From assembly GCA_009103225.1 (NCBI GenBank), contig RHPI01003728.1:69719-133718 (forward strand): a stretch of DNA of 64,000 nt. The letters run 5' to 3'. A program made the translations under genes and the position numbers. The DNA comes from Chlorokybus atmophyticus. Lineage: Eukaryota > Plantae > Mesostigma and Chlorokybus algae. The notes beneath the pieces are model-generated. The model saw only the letters and a program-made list of their open reading frames with translations. It made no database searches and had not been told where the DNA came from. This document shows positions 26,654 through 38,232 of the stretch, piece by piece. Every line of letters starts with the position of its first letter. Position 1 is the stretch's first letter.

Positions 26654-27040
26654 CACCACCGGGCTAACATTTACTACACTACTATTCTACAACTACTAGC
26701 CCGCCCCGCTAGACATGCATGCACATGCAGACGATATAGTTACCGGCACCACGGGTGTGCTCGGGGGATGCTCGGGCGTCCGCCGGTAGGCTACTGCACA
26801 GGATATGCTGCCAGTGGTTGTAGACATGCATGACATCATCCACAGCATGCCAAACAGCATGCAAACACATTGTGACACAACCATGGGCTATACGCATGGT
26901 TTGTTCCAACTTCACCACAAGCACGCCCCGCATTGTTTGTACATACATCACGTGCATATTTTGTGCCCTACACTAGTCTAGACCTCTCCGTTAGGCATGC
27001 ATACATTCGTAATAGCAGTGCATTACCTGCCCACATGGGC
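26654..27040. repeat. Dispersed repeat family copy A (non-autonomous element remnant)
   Basis: 26795-26874 matches 58195-58274 (80 bp, 5 mismatches). 26654-26715 and 26988-27040 match parts of 62241-62340 (ccaccgggcta..tagcccgccccg(c/t)tagacat; tacctgc(c/t)cacatggg). Confidence 0.85.
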
Positions 27041-27853
27041 TCTGTTAGTTGGCGTCGACAATGGCAGCAACAACAGCAGCAAGGATGACGACTCCCTCCC
27101 GCCTGCTCTCCCTTCCCGCCACCAGCTCAGCTCTATGCAGCAGCTGCTGCTGCGTCGTCTCTTGTTACCCTAACCCTCGCAGTGCAGTGCCAACGTCAGC
27201 ACTGCACCGCGCAGGGCCGCTACATGGCAGGTAGGCAGGTGGTCGGTGGGGTGGGGGTTGTATTTACTTGGCGAAGAAACTTCCATACAAAGTGAACGCG
27301 GCACATGGCTGGGCTGAGGTGCTCCACGTATAGCTCATGTGGAGCACTCTATCTGACCTGGATGCAGGTGATGCAATTAAGCTTCTTGTCAGCAGTTGCC
27401 ATGACTAGAGCTTGGTGCACAAACGTTGTTGTCACTGCTAGATTGCTGCCACAGCTTATTGGCACTATGCCACTGATGGCACCATCGTCTGTGCAATTCA
27501 TTGTTGCAGTGTAATGAATACAAGTATGCAAGAGCATCACACTGCTATGATGTACGCGTGCTTGCCCACTCCTGTTCCTGTTCCTGCTGTTGCGGCTGCT
27601 TGCGCACAGCTGCATGGTCCTACTTGAGGTCGTGTGGCGGTGGGTGAGCGCTGGTAAGAAAGATGCCAGGTGCGGCTTGCTGTTGCTGATGCACGTGTGG
27701 CTCTTGTGCTCCTTAAAATGCACTTACTTGATGTTCCCAGCGCCACTCACCTGTAGCACATCATGCACATGTACCGCAGCCACTCATCGCACCACCCACA
27801 ACCGCACACACGCACATTCGCCACCGAACAGCGCAAGAGCCCCCTCCCCCCCN

Positions 27854-28355
27854 TTAGTTGTTTTTATACAAAATGAAGTTTTAAACTCAGTTATGTAAAA
27901 GAAGAAGCCCGTGACATTTGTAACGGTGAAAATTTCCTGGTATTTACGCGGCATATTTTACTCCAATGTTATTGCCTAACTTTTTACTTTATTTTATATC
28001 TCACCATCATCAATCTTAAGTAACAACTTGGGCTCGACATAAGAGCCTTCATCCATGTTAAATGGTGAGAACAAAACACATTTAATAAAAATATAAATAA
28101 CTCACTTGAGAATAAAAAGGCTTCGGTCTTTAAAAAATCGTTTGGTGTGGTTTGACGCTGAAGAGATACAACTAGAATTGAAAGGGGAGGTAGTCAGCTT
28201 AAGCAACAGGTTGAGCAAGAGTACCAAATATTAACTGGGCAAATAGGAACCTTAAAAGATATTCTAGAAGATAAGAATCTTCTAACTAATAAGGTAAATC
28301 TTTCAGCGGTTTGGGGAACAGGCGTAGAGTTCGAAGGCCTTAGTCTCGGGGGGAA
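27854..28355. other. Low-GC segment between an N join (27853) and a (CT)n microsatellite
   Basis: Abrupt AT-rich composition. Contains an open frame from 28162 (KQQVEQEYQILTGQIGTLKDILEDKNLL...) that runs into the CT repeat. Confidence 0.5.
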
Positions 28356-28382
28356 TTTCCCTCTCTCCCTCTCTCCCTCTCC

Positions 28383-28415
<33 letters not shown>

Positions 28416-28669
28416 CCTCTCTCTCTCTCCCCGCATGCGTGTTCGCGCTTGCAGCAAAGACGAGTACACCGTAGGTGTCCATATCACACCCACACAACAT
28501 CAACGCTGACAAGTACCGCAACTGGCTTCCTAACGTGGTCGGAGTACAGCATTGTAGCGTAGCGTACAGTATGCAGTACTCCATGAACTGCATACAGTAG
28601 CAGCGCTTGCAGAGAACAACACCATGCAGACACCTGAGATGAGGTGTCTGCATGGTATTGTTCTGCAAG

Positions 28670-28760
28670 CGCACCTCAGCTCACCTCACCTCACGTCAGT
28701 AAGGTGACGTGACCTGAGGTGAGGTCAGACCTCACCTCAGGTGCCATGTCATGTCATGTC
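28670..28760. promoter_or_regulatory. Pentamer-repeat/palindrome cluster upstream of the proline-rich gene
   Basis: Perfect hairpin acctgaggtgaggtc-a-gacctcacctcaggt (28712-28742), (CTCAC)n repeats, inverted TGACGT motifs and (CATGT)n, about 200 bp before ATG 28947. The regulatory role is inferred. Confidence 0.45.
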
Positions 28761-28946
28761 ATCACGAATCTTAACGACGGTGCTTGAAAAGTAATTGTCA
28801 AGCACAGACAGGGCATGCACACCGTTTTCGCTTGCACGTGCCACACAGGATTGGAGAGGGAGGAGATGCATATAAGGAGGCGGCGCCGCATGCCTGTCTC
28901 AATAGCAACATCGGTGATACGCTGGAAGCCGCCGCCGTCACACAAG

Positions 28947-31250
28947 ATGGCGCCGGCACGCTGCTTTGCCGCCGCCTGCCTCCTCCTCCTCGCCAGCGTC
29001 GTCGTCGTCTCCGCCGACCGTCACCACCTGGCGGCCGCCGCTTACGACCAGGTGTGGCTGGCTAAGCAATGGACCTCACGCAAGTTGCTTGTGTGTGTGC
29101 ACGCATCCATGCATGCACACATGCACGCATCCATAGCAATGTATGTGCAAATCTGCATGCATGCATGCATGCATGCATGCGTGCATGCAATTGTTCTGGC
29201 GTGCAGAAGGTGCTGTCATGTCAATGTGTCAAATCTCTTACTGTTTCTTCCACTGTTCCTTCAACCGCAGAGCCACAACATCGCTGGCCGGCGCCTCCTG
29301 CAAGCCCAGACCGCTCCCGCCACAGCAGCAGGCTCTCCTCCTCCCCCTTCCCCGCCTTCAAACGCCCCGCAGATCATCTTCGTCGCCACAGCACAGCTCA
29401 CGGGGCTGCTGGGAGACAATACATGCCCCTCACGCCTGATCATAGTCACGCAGGTGAGGAGAAGGAGATTGTGCGTGTACGCGCGCGTGTGTGTTGTCGT
29501 GTTGATAACTTTTCCTTGTGTCTCAGGTTAATAACAGCACCCAGGCTCAGGGGCTTCTGGGCCTGCTTGGGCAGACCTCCGTAGTGGGGCTGGACGCCAA
29601 CGTCAACATTGCCAACGCGGTCGGGCGCAACCCTCTGCCCGACGGGACGATCGTGCAGTGCGTCGGCTCCTCCTTCATCATCATCATACAGGTACAGTTG
29701 GTCATGAGCCTCTCTCCCTGCGTGTCTGCACTGGTCTCAAACTCTATGCTGTGTAATCAGGCGGCAGCGGCAGCGGCACCCACAGCTCCTGGAGTGGCAC
29801 CTGTTCCGCCTCCTTTCCCTCCTCCTCCTCCACCACCCCCGCCGCCGACGGTGGTCCCAACAGCACCAGGCGTGGCACCAACTCCACCTCCACCTCCACC
29901 ACCACCACCTCCTCCTCCTCCTCCTCCTCCATCTCCATCTCCGGTTCCACCTCCACCTACGGTGGTAACAGCGCCAGGCGTGGCACCCGTGCCTCCCCCG
30001 CCACCACCACCACCACCACCACCACCACCACCACTACCACCACCACCGTCACCCTCTCCGTCTCCCTCTCCTTCTCCTTTGCCCGCGCCAACCGTGGTGT
30101 CCCCGCCGCCGCCGCTAGTGGTGCCCACACCCCCACCCTCACCCTCCCCATCACCTGTACCACCACCAACACCCGTGCCGCCACCCTCACCTGTACCCCC
30201 ATCCTCACCCTCACCTGTACCCCCACCCTCACCTTCAGCTGTTCCCCCACCCTCACCCTCACCCTCACCTGTACCCCCACCAACACCCGTACCCCCACCC
30301 CCACTCCCACCCTCACCTCCACCTGTAGTCGCACCCGTGCCCGCACCCACACCAGCTGCAGTGGGTATGTGTATGCGTATATGTGATGCTGACCAACCAT
30401 GGATGCCATACATGTGGCTGATGTTGCCTCTGTCCGTTGACGCAAGGGTGCCCGGCGGGTCTGTCCCCGACGGCCCTCTGCGCATTCGCAATCGATAGCA
30501 ACACGGCCACGATCCCGAGCTTCGCACTCGCGGGCAGCCTGGCAGGCCAGCAACAGACACTTGATGGCGCACTCGAACTGTAAGTACCACACTACTGGTC
30601 AAGTCATGATGGTGGTGGTTGTGTAACACACCGTCAGCAGGGTGAGTGGCGCCAACACTACAACTGTCGTGACCGCCAACGCCAACGGGGGCTTCTCGTT
30701 CATCTCCGGCACCGCCACCAGCCCCTCCACGTGAGCACATTGATGATCATCGTCGAGATTGATGTGTATGCTATACAAACACGCTGACCCTTTGCCATGA
30801 TTACCATGATTGTCCAGAATCCGTGGCGCTCCCTCAGACCAGTTCGCCATCGCCAATGGCAATGAGGTGGCAATCAGACCATTCCAGGTACACACTGTGT
30901 ATGTGGTACTCTACCACGCCCCACATTAGTAATCACCATGAGTAGCCATCGCAGTCGCACAGCATTCTGTGATCAATGCACGCACATGCTCTGATGCACC
31001 CCCGATGCACCCCTGCACACACTCCCGCATCCGCAGACACATACACAACTCCTTGAATCATTCACCCACCCACTCACTTCTTCTCTCTTGTCATCTCTAG
31101 TCCCAGACCAACGTTGCCTCTTTCCGTCCCTCCTGCATCCTCCTCAACCTGACGGAGGTTCAACTCCCCGGCGGTGTCAACCTCAACCCGGGGCTCGGGG
31201 AGGGGATCGTTCCCGACAGCCGCCGCTGCATCGTGTTCCAACTCCAGTAA
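28947..31250 (+). CDS. Secreted chimeric hydroxyproline-rich (extensin/pherophorin-like) wall glycoprotein
   Basis: Signal peptide MAPARCFAAACLLLLASVVVVSA, an RRLLQ site, a small N-terminal globular domain, a Pro-rich shaft (about 29760-30365) with TAPGVAP, P-runs, (SP)n and VPPPSPSP repeats, and a C-terminal Cys-containing domain over 4 exons ending SRRCIVFQLQ*. Stop at 31248-31250. Confidence 0.85.
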
Positions 31251-31572
31251 AGGCCTTGGAGCCCCTTGAGCTCCAGTGAAGCTCTCTCTCCCTGAGAAGA
31301 TTGTACAGCAAGTTCCGCTTATGTATGTGTGGTGGATGTGTAGGTAGAGTTAGGATGTACAGTTCAGTGTGTAGATGCAGAGGCTAGCAAGGACCTCTTG
31401 TTGTCTTCTTTGTAACAATCAACATGGTGGTTTTTCTTTGTACCTTGATGGTGGGTTGATGGTGGGTGTCGGTGGCCTGAGATGCTGTTTTCACGGTATT
31501 ACACAAGCCCACTGGTTGTTTACGTAGAGGATGCACAGAACAGATTCTCATTAACCAGCGCAACAAGCCCCC

Positions 31573-32221
31573 NNNNNNNNNNNNNNNNNNNNNNNNNNNN
31601 NNNNNNNNNNNNNNNNNNNNNNNNNNNNNNNNNNNNNNNNNNNNNNNNNNNNNNNNNNNNNNNNNNNNNNNNNNNNNNNNNNNNNNNNNNNNNNNNNNNN
31701 NNNNNNNNNNNNNNNNNNNNNNNNNNNNNNNNNNNNNNNNNNNNNNNNNNNNNNNNNNNNNNNNNNNNNNNNNNNNNNNNNNNNNNNNNNNNNNNNNNNN
31801 NNNNNNNNNNNNNNNNNNNNNNNNNNNNNNNNNNNNNNNNNNNNNNNNNNNNNNNNNNNNNNNNNNNNNNNNNNNNNNNNNNNNNNNNNNNNNNNNNNNN
31901 NNNNNNNNNNNNNNNNNNNNNNNNNNNNNNNNNNNNNNNNNNNNNNNNNNNNNNNNNNNNNNNNNNNNNNNNNNNNNNNNNNNNNNNNNNNNNNNNNNNN
32001 NNNNNNNNNNNNNNNNNNNNNNNNNNNNNNNNNNNNNNNNNNNNNNNNNNNNNNNNNNNNNNNNNNNNNNNNNNNNNNNNNNNNNNNNNNNNNNNNNNNN
32101 NNNNNNNNNNNNNNNNNNNNNNNNNNNNNNNNNNNNNNNNNNNNNNNNNNNNNNNNNNNNNNNNNNNNNNNNNNNNNNNNNNNNNNNNNNNNNNNNNNNN
32201 NNNNNNNNNNNNNNNNNNNNN
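31573..32221. other. Assembly gap (N run)
   Basis: Continuous N. Further Ns at 27853, 33033-33039 and 49247-49420. Confidence 1.
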
Positions 32222-32400
32222 CTCTCTCTCTCTCTCTCGCTCTCTCGCTCTCGCTCTCTCTCTCGCTCTCTCTCGCTCTCTCTCGCTCTCGCTCTCGCTC
32301 TCGCTCTCGCTCGCTCTCGCTCTCGCTCGCTCGCTCGCTCGCTCGCTCTCGCGCTGGCGCTGGCGCTGGCGCTGGCGCTGGCGCTCGCTCTCGCTCGCCC
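32222..32400. repeat. Compound microsatellite (CT)n/(CTCG)n/(GCGCTG)n
   Basis: Directly visible next to the gap. Confidence 0.95.
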
Positions 32401-33049
32401 CATCCCTCTCTCCCTCTCCGCTTGCAACGTCGTTCGTTGCCCTGCTCCTTACAAAATCATTATCGCGGCCGTGTTTGTCGCAGCCTCCAACCGGGACAGC
32501 CCATCGAGCTGTCCATCGCCCATCCCTGCCTAGGCTGCATGTGGTAAAGGACTCATCCACACCAAACAGATTGCGTCGTGCATATATGTGCCCGCACATG
32601 CGCGCTCGCACACGTTGCACGCAAACGCACATGTGCGCGTGCAATGTATGCGTGTGTGTGCGTGCCAGCATCAGGGGGCGCATCGGTACACATGATGTGT
32701 GGAGATAGATGCGTGTGTGTCACACATGCATGTGCTGTATCTGCACTCTTGAGGCGAGGGAATTGTTCGCACAACCAACTTACGGGTGGGTGGATGACTC
32801 CTCACTGAGTAAACGCCGGTGTCAGGCGAGCGCGAGCTTCGGGAGTCATGAATGAATACCTGTGTGTGTCTACCGGTAAACGTACTCGAGAAAACTAGGT
32901 ACCAAAAACACTACGAAGTCCCCTTACCTGCCGCGCAACAAGCAATATGATCAACTCATTGCACCATCAAGTCCGAACCTCTTTTTTTCCTACCACATAC
33001 CCACCTCCCCTCCGCAATGCGTCAAAGTGTACNNNNNNNACCCACACAG

Positions 33050-34386
33050 GTGATCCGCCAGCGCGGCCACGGGGTCCCTCCCCTGCCCCGTCCCTCGAGA
33101 GACCGGGTGGCCGGGTGGCCCCCCGCACGCACTCCAAAGTGCACGCTCACAAACACACATCTGTTGCAGAGGAACCCGCTGGCGAGGCCGACTTCCGAGA
33201 AGCTCCTACAGCATCCATTCATTGCTGACGCGACCGTGGAAGTGTCGGCCATCCAACAAGCCGTGTCAAGGTGCGACACTGAACGGATACAACTACAACT
33301 TGCGGTAACCCAACACTCGGTAACTACCCCTCAACTGATCTATTTGTTCTTTCATACAGTATGACGGACAGCATATCGTTACCAGGAATGGTGAAGTTCG
33401 AGCCACCGCGCGCGCTATCCCAAGGCAAGATAGATCAGGCGGAAGCCAACAACAAGAGGTGCTCTATCATGCCCTCATCACAGTTGGTTTATTCAGGATG
33501 TAACTTTAGGGGCATGCGTGATACGTTCTTGTGTTGTTGTCCCTTGCAGCCCGGTGTCCAATGCCACCAGTAATGACTCCCAGAGCTCGCAATCGCCGGG
33601 ACATCGCCGCTCAATCAGCAAAGAGCATCGGCCGGCAAGTTGGTTGTACACATCAAACCGAGCAGATAAACTAGACAAATGTGTGTGTATGCGCAAGACA
33701 CACACGCACGCACACGCAAAGAAACACGCATGCCCATGCGTACACAAACCAACTGCTCTCAGCCTATTTGTGTTCCCTGTACCCATACAGCGTGCCAATG
33801 GTGCGGTGGACAGTCCGGGTCCCCTCCCTTCCAACGGCGCAAAGTTGCGTGCTGCGACGGACACGGCCGCAATGATGATGATGATGCAGCAAGGGGGAGG
33901 AGGGCAGTCGGCGTCGCTGCACGCGAGCACAGCAGGGGGGCGGAAACGAGTGCGACGAGGAGGAGCTCGGGACACCGCAGAAGTTCAGGGTGACGGGGCT
34001 GCTGGGACTGCCACCACTGAAGGTGAGAGAGGCAGACAAAGCAGAGAGGCCAACTTTCTTGTGTTCGCATCCACCTATTGCATTAGAGACACACGCACAC
34101 ATGCATATCTGTGGAGACACCTGCGCACACGTGCGCGTACAGACACACTCGCATGCACACATACACGCGCTCACTCTCACACTCTCGTGTGCCTTGTGTT
34201 TCTATTCAACACAAGCATCCGGCGGGTTTAGGTCCTCGCTCGTTGCTGCGCGCGGCGCTGTCGCCTGCCGTCAGCTCGCCCAACACGAGACCCGAGATCG
34301 GCAGCGGCTCTCACTTGCAACCGGCGGTTCAAAGCCCTCTGTTTGCCAGTGATACACCATCCACGCCTTCAGGGTCTGTGACTTAG
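33050..34386 (+). CDS. C-terminal part of a Ser/Thr protein kinase (MAP3K/STE-like); N-terminal kinase exons not recoverable
   Basis: Exon RNPLARPTSEKLLQHPFIAD matches kinase subdomain XI (QRNP..RPT...LL.HPF). It is preceded by a PPLP exon and followed by Ser/Pro-rich tail exons ending TPSGSVT* at 34386. Gaps lie upstream. Confidence 0.55.
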
Positions 34387-34928
34387 AAGAGGTGAGTGTG
34401 TAGCGTGATAGCTTGGGTGTGGACTGGATTTATGGCCGGGCTTTGTTGAGAACACAGGAAAGCCACTGGCAGTTAAAGTATTAGTAATGAGAAACATGCA
34501 TGCACAAGTGTGGATGGGAAACGACATTACCAACAATGCAAGCACAGCCGCAATAAGCCTGAAATGCAAACATACACAGACACGTGCATAAAGCTGTGCA
34601 GACTGCAGCTTACGTAGACGCAGCTTGCAACGTTGATTCCCTGAAGTACACTCATAAACAAATCACCCAACATTACAATGGCATTACACTGTCACTGTGT
34701 GCTGAGAAGATGACATGGTCAACAGCAAGCAATAGCAGCAACCATAAGCTATGTATGTGTGACCATACACGAGCGCATGTCTGTTGTTCAAGCTGAAGGT
34801 TCCATGGTGATCAAATGAAACTGCCATGTTGGACCACTCAACAGCACATTGCAACCGTACTGTCACTTCAACCCCGCACATTGTCTCTACTTATTTGCGC
34901 AACTGTGCGCCCGCAAAATGAAAGTGCG

Positions 34929-35058
34929 CCGCACAAGAGAATGTACTAGGCTACTCAACAATGTCAGTGACCTGCTCTACCAACACGATTGAAGCGCACC
35001 GCACAAGAGAATGTACTAGGCAACACAACAACGTCAGTGACCTGCTCTACCAACACGA
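34929..35058. repeat. Tandem duplication, period 70 bp
   Basis: ccgcacaagagaatgtactaggc..caacaa(t/c)gtcagtgacctgctctaccaacacga at 34929 and 34999, between the convergent kinase and P450 3' ends. Confidence 0.9.
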
Positions 35059-35179
35059 GGGTTGTCCAACTGACTTGCATGGGTCTGCACACACTGCGGC
35101 TTGCAACGTCACCAACTGCACGATCACCTACTCAACCTGAGCAACATTGAATTAACGGAAACTGACAGTGAAGTTGTTG

Positions 35180-37743
35180 TCAACGACAGCATGAGGCGGG
35201 CTGCTCACAGCATACCTTGTCAACTCTTCTCCTTGTCAAAAGGGCCTTGAGACCATCACCAGGGTAGATCGTGCAGAAAACTTTGATCTTGTCGCTAACC
35301 GGTGTCCTGACTCGTTTAATGTCGCACTGTGAACCACAAGGCTTTGTTGAAGAAACCAACACACCGACCAATGACTCGTGTCAGTGAGAACATGCAGAAC
35401 AAAGGCGCTTTATATTTGAGGCAAGAAATTGTGCACCTGAGCGCAAAGCATTGCGGCGAAAAGAATCAGCTGGTTGATAGCGTATTGGTACCCCAGGCAT
35501 GCGTGCGGTCCCACTCCAAATGTCATCCAGTACTTGGCGCAGGTAGTGCCCTCGTCTCTCTCTGGGCCAAACCGATCGGGGTCGAACTTGTACGGGTCCT
35601 TGAAGCCACCCTCCTGTTTGCAAGTTGCAACCATGAGAACTGGTGGGCCCACATTAACAAACTATCCACACCACCTTGCTGTGACCTCACCTCAAAATGC
35701 GAGGGCCAAATGGACCCAATAATCAGGGTGTCCTTCGGGATGACGCTGCCGGGTTGAATTTCCCAGTCCTTGGCAGCCATATGTGGCACCATGGTGACCG
35801 GCGGCCTGAAGCGCAGTACCTCTTTGACAACCTGCACCCAACACACAGTGTGAGTAAACACACAAAGTAAATGAAACCTCCTGAACATGGATAACAAAAG
35901 ATGGGTGCTTCTGTGCATGCAGACTCGACAAGCAGCTAATTTGACCTGGCGCGTGTAGTTCATCTGCTCGACCAGGTCGTATGTAAAGGGTTCTCCATTG
36001 GGGCGAAGCCGCTGGTGCTCGGCCGCAATCTTCTCTTTAACTTCCGGATACTGTGAGAGCAGCGTCATGGTCCAGACCAATGAGCTTGTGCTCGCGTCCT
36101 GGCTCGCAAAGATGAACACCATAAGGAAGTTGCCCATCTCTTCATTGGTGAACCTGACCTCCTCCTTGTCCTTCTTGTCCTCTTTCTCCTCCTCCTGCTT
36201 GTTCTCGTCTTGGCTTGGGTCGTACAGCGGCCCGCCGGGACCCAGCACAACGCGATCCGCCATGCAGCGAGGCTGCGCGCCGGGCTGGCTCATAGCCTCG
36301 ATGGCCGACCCGATGCAACGTGTGAACACGCGCATGATGAGCTTACGGCCCTGCACGCCCTTCCACAACTTGGTCCCGGGTAGCGCCAAAGGGAAGTTCA
36401 CGAGCTGCAGCGCATCCGTCATGTTGTAATATGCCTGCGAGATCTGCTCCAACTCCCCTGGCTGAAGACAGATCACATATGTTACACATGATGATGTTGT
36501 GTAGTATTGGTTAGCGCGAGTGTTACATAGTTTGAGTGGTATACTCGCAACCAAACAACTCAATGCTTCCGTGTAATACACTTCAATCAGTGTTCAAGAG
36601 GCAAGTGCCTGCGTTTGCAGTGTCAAACACACTGCAGTCAAGGTCTCTGAATGAGTGATCAGCTTACTTACTTTCAGGTAAGGGCCGACAAACACGCCTA
36701 CAGAGGTGGCCATGTTCAAGGTGCGGCAGCGGTTCTGGAACTCGACGGGACCCTGCTCTTTGCACTCCGCCAGCCAGCTGTCAATGAAGCCCTGCATGAT
36801 CTCCTCCTGCTTGTCGAGGTAGCTCGCCAGGCCAGACTTGGAGAACAGCGGGTTGAGGCGATACCGCACTCGCTGATGCTTGAATCCGTACTGGAAAATG
36901 AAACTGCCAGGGGAATGCTATATCACTTGAGCTGAATAACAACACTGCATGCACACAGCATGCAGCCAGGGCTTGCTGCGATCGTTGGGTATTATCTCCC
37001 ACCTTTCTGGGGTCATGAGCTGCTTCATAGCAGGGATGGTTGTGAGCTTTGCATATCCAGGTGTAGAGAATATTTTGCGTGAAAGCGCGGTGTTGCCTGC
37101 GATGACTATGAACTTGCCGAGAACGCTGGTGCATGACAGCGGCCCCGCTGACCACATCTTCAGGTAACCGTCAAACTTGGGGTACATCGACTCCACCATG
37201 GTGCCAATGAACGGACATACCGAGGCCTGTATAGCAACCGTAAACATAGCTAGTTACAACTTGCGCCAGCGTATCTCCCAAATCACAGACGGAGCTGCTG
37301 GAACGACCCAAGTCTTGAGCGCCGGTCCAGTCAACGACGATATGATTGTGCTGGTGTGCTGTCATGCAATGAACTACATGGACTTGGAGAAGCCTTGTCT
37401 GTTGCTTGAATCAACATGCTACAACTGACACAATGGCCTGCAACGCGGTGCATGCAACTGAGCCTAGCTGAATGGGTGCCGCAGGAACTCAGCAGTTAAG
37501 CAGTGCCGGCATGCCAACCGTGTAGGTAGACAAGCATGCACAACACGAAGAATAGGCAAGCACATCGGCATCTAACAAAGCAAGCATAAACTCCAGCTGG
37601 CAGCAGCAGCAGTAGCAGCCCCTGTCCGCTACCTGCTCAGCGGCGCCGACCATGGCCCGGCGCTTGCGGTACAGCAGCTGGTCGGCCACGGCGAGCAGCG
37701 CCACGACGCCAGCCACCCACCACCACACCGACACGCCCGCCAT
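35180..37743 (-). CDS. ERG5: Cytochrome P450 sterol C22-desaturase (CYP61/ERG5-CYP710 clan, fungal-type signatures)
   Basis: Membrane anchor MAGVSVWWWVAGVVALLAVADQL; ESMYPKFDGYLKMWSAGPLSCTSVLGKFIVIA; LQLVNFPLALPGT; I-helix FIFASQDASTSS; K-helix VKEVLRFRPP; FDPDRF; heme motif FGVGPHACLG; SDKIKVFCTIYPGD. The last exon boundary is uncertain. Confidence 0.9.
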
Positions 37744-37779
37744 GACGTCCCACCCACACCGTCAACCCCCGTTGCCGAC

Positions 37780-37810
<31 letters not shown>

Positions 37811-38232
37811 AGGCGGGAGCTTACTACGTTGCCTGCCAGTAGCTCAAAACGGCCAGCTGGGCAGAGCGGGAGATCCAAACAAATGCAAATACCCAGTGCA
37901 ACGTACCACATCAAGTCCCCTGAACTGGAGAGTTAACGTCAACTCTTCACTCAAGAGCTTTGAAGCACTTGACTCACATGATGTAAGTCACATTCGGTTG
38001 ATCACAGAAGTGAGTCAACACTCGACTCTCTCTCAGGTTGTCGATGGGGTGAGGTTGAGGGAAGTTACAGGGAGGGGTGGAGTTAACTCAGCCTAGTACA
38101 CACATGTATAGCCTGTAACTCTGAACGATGGTTGTGACGATCAAAGGGCCCGTAGGATTTTTGCCGTTGTGTTGTGCGAGTCAATCTGATGTGTAGTGGC
38201 TGAAATTTCCAAGGGGCTAGCGCAGAATTGCC

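Noticed and set aside
27050-27850. Possible gene fragments on either strand
   Set aside because: Frames stop soon after the candidate splice sites and the region is cut by the join at 27853; strand cannot be decided.
28162-28355. Resemblance of EQEYQILTGQIGTLKDIL to the gyrase A coiled coil
   Set aside because: Generic coiled-coil pattern, an in-frame stop immediately upstream, and no other gyrase motifs.
29757-30740. 327-aa Gly-rich and 211-aa Val/Arg-rich minus-strand ORFs
   Set aside because: Antisense shadows of the proline-rich exon.
31384-32708. Long ORFs of 347-408 aa
   Set aside because: Artefacts of N runs and microsatellites.
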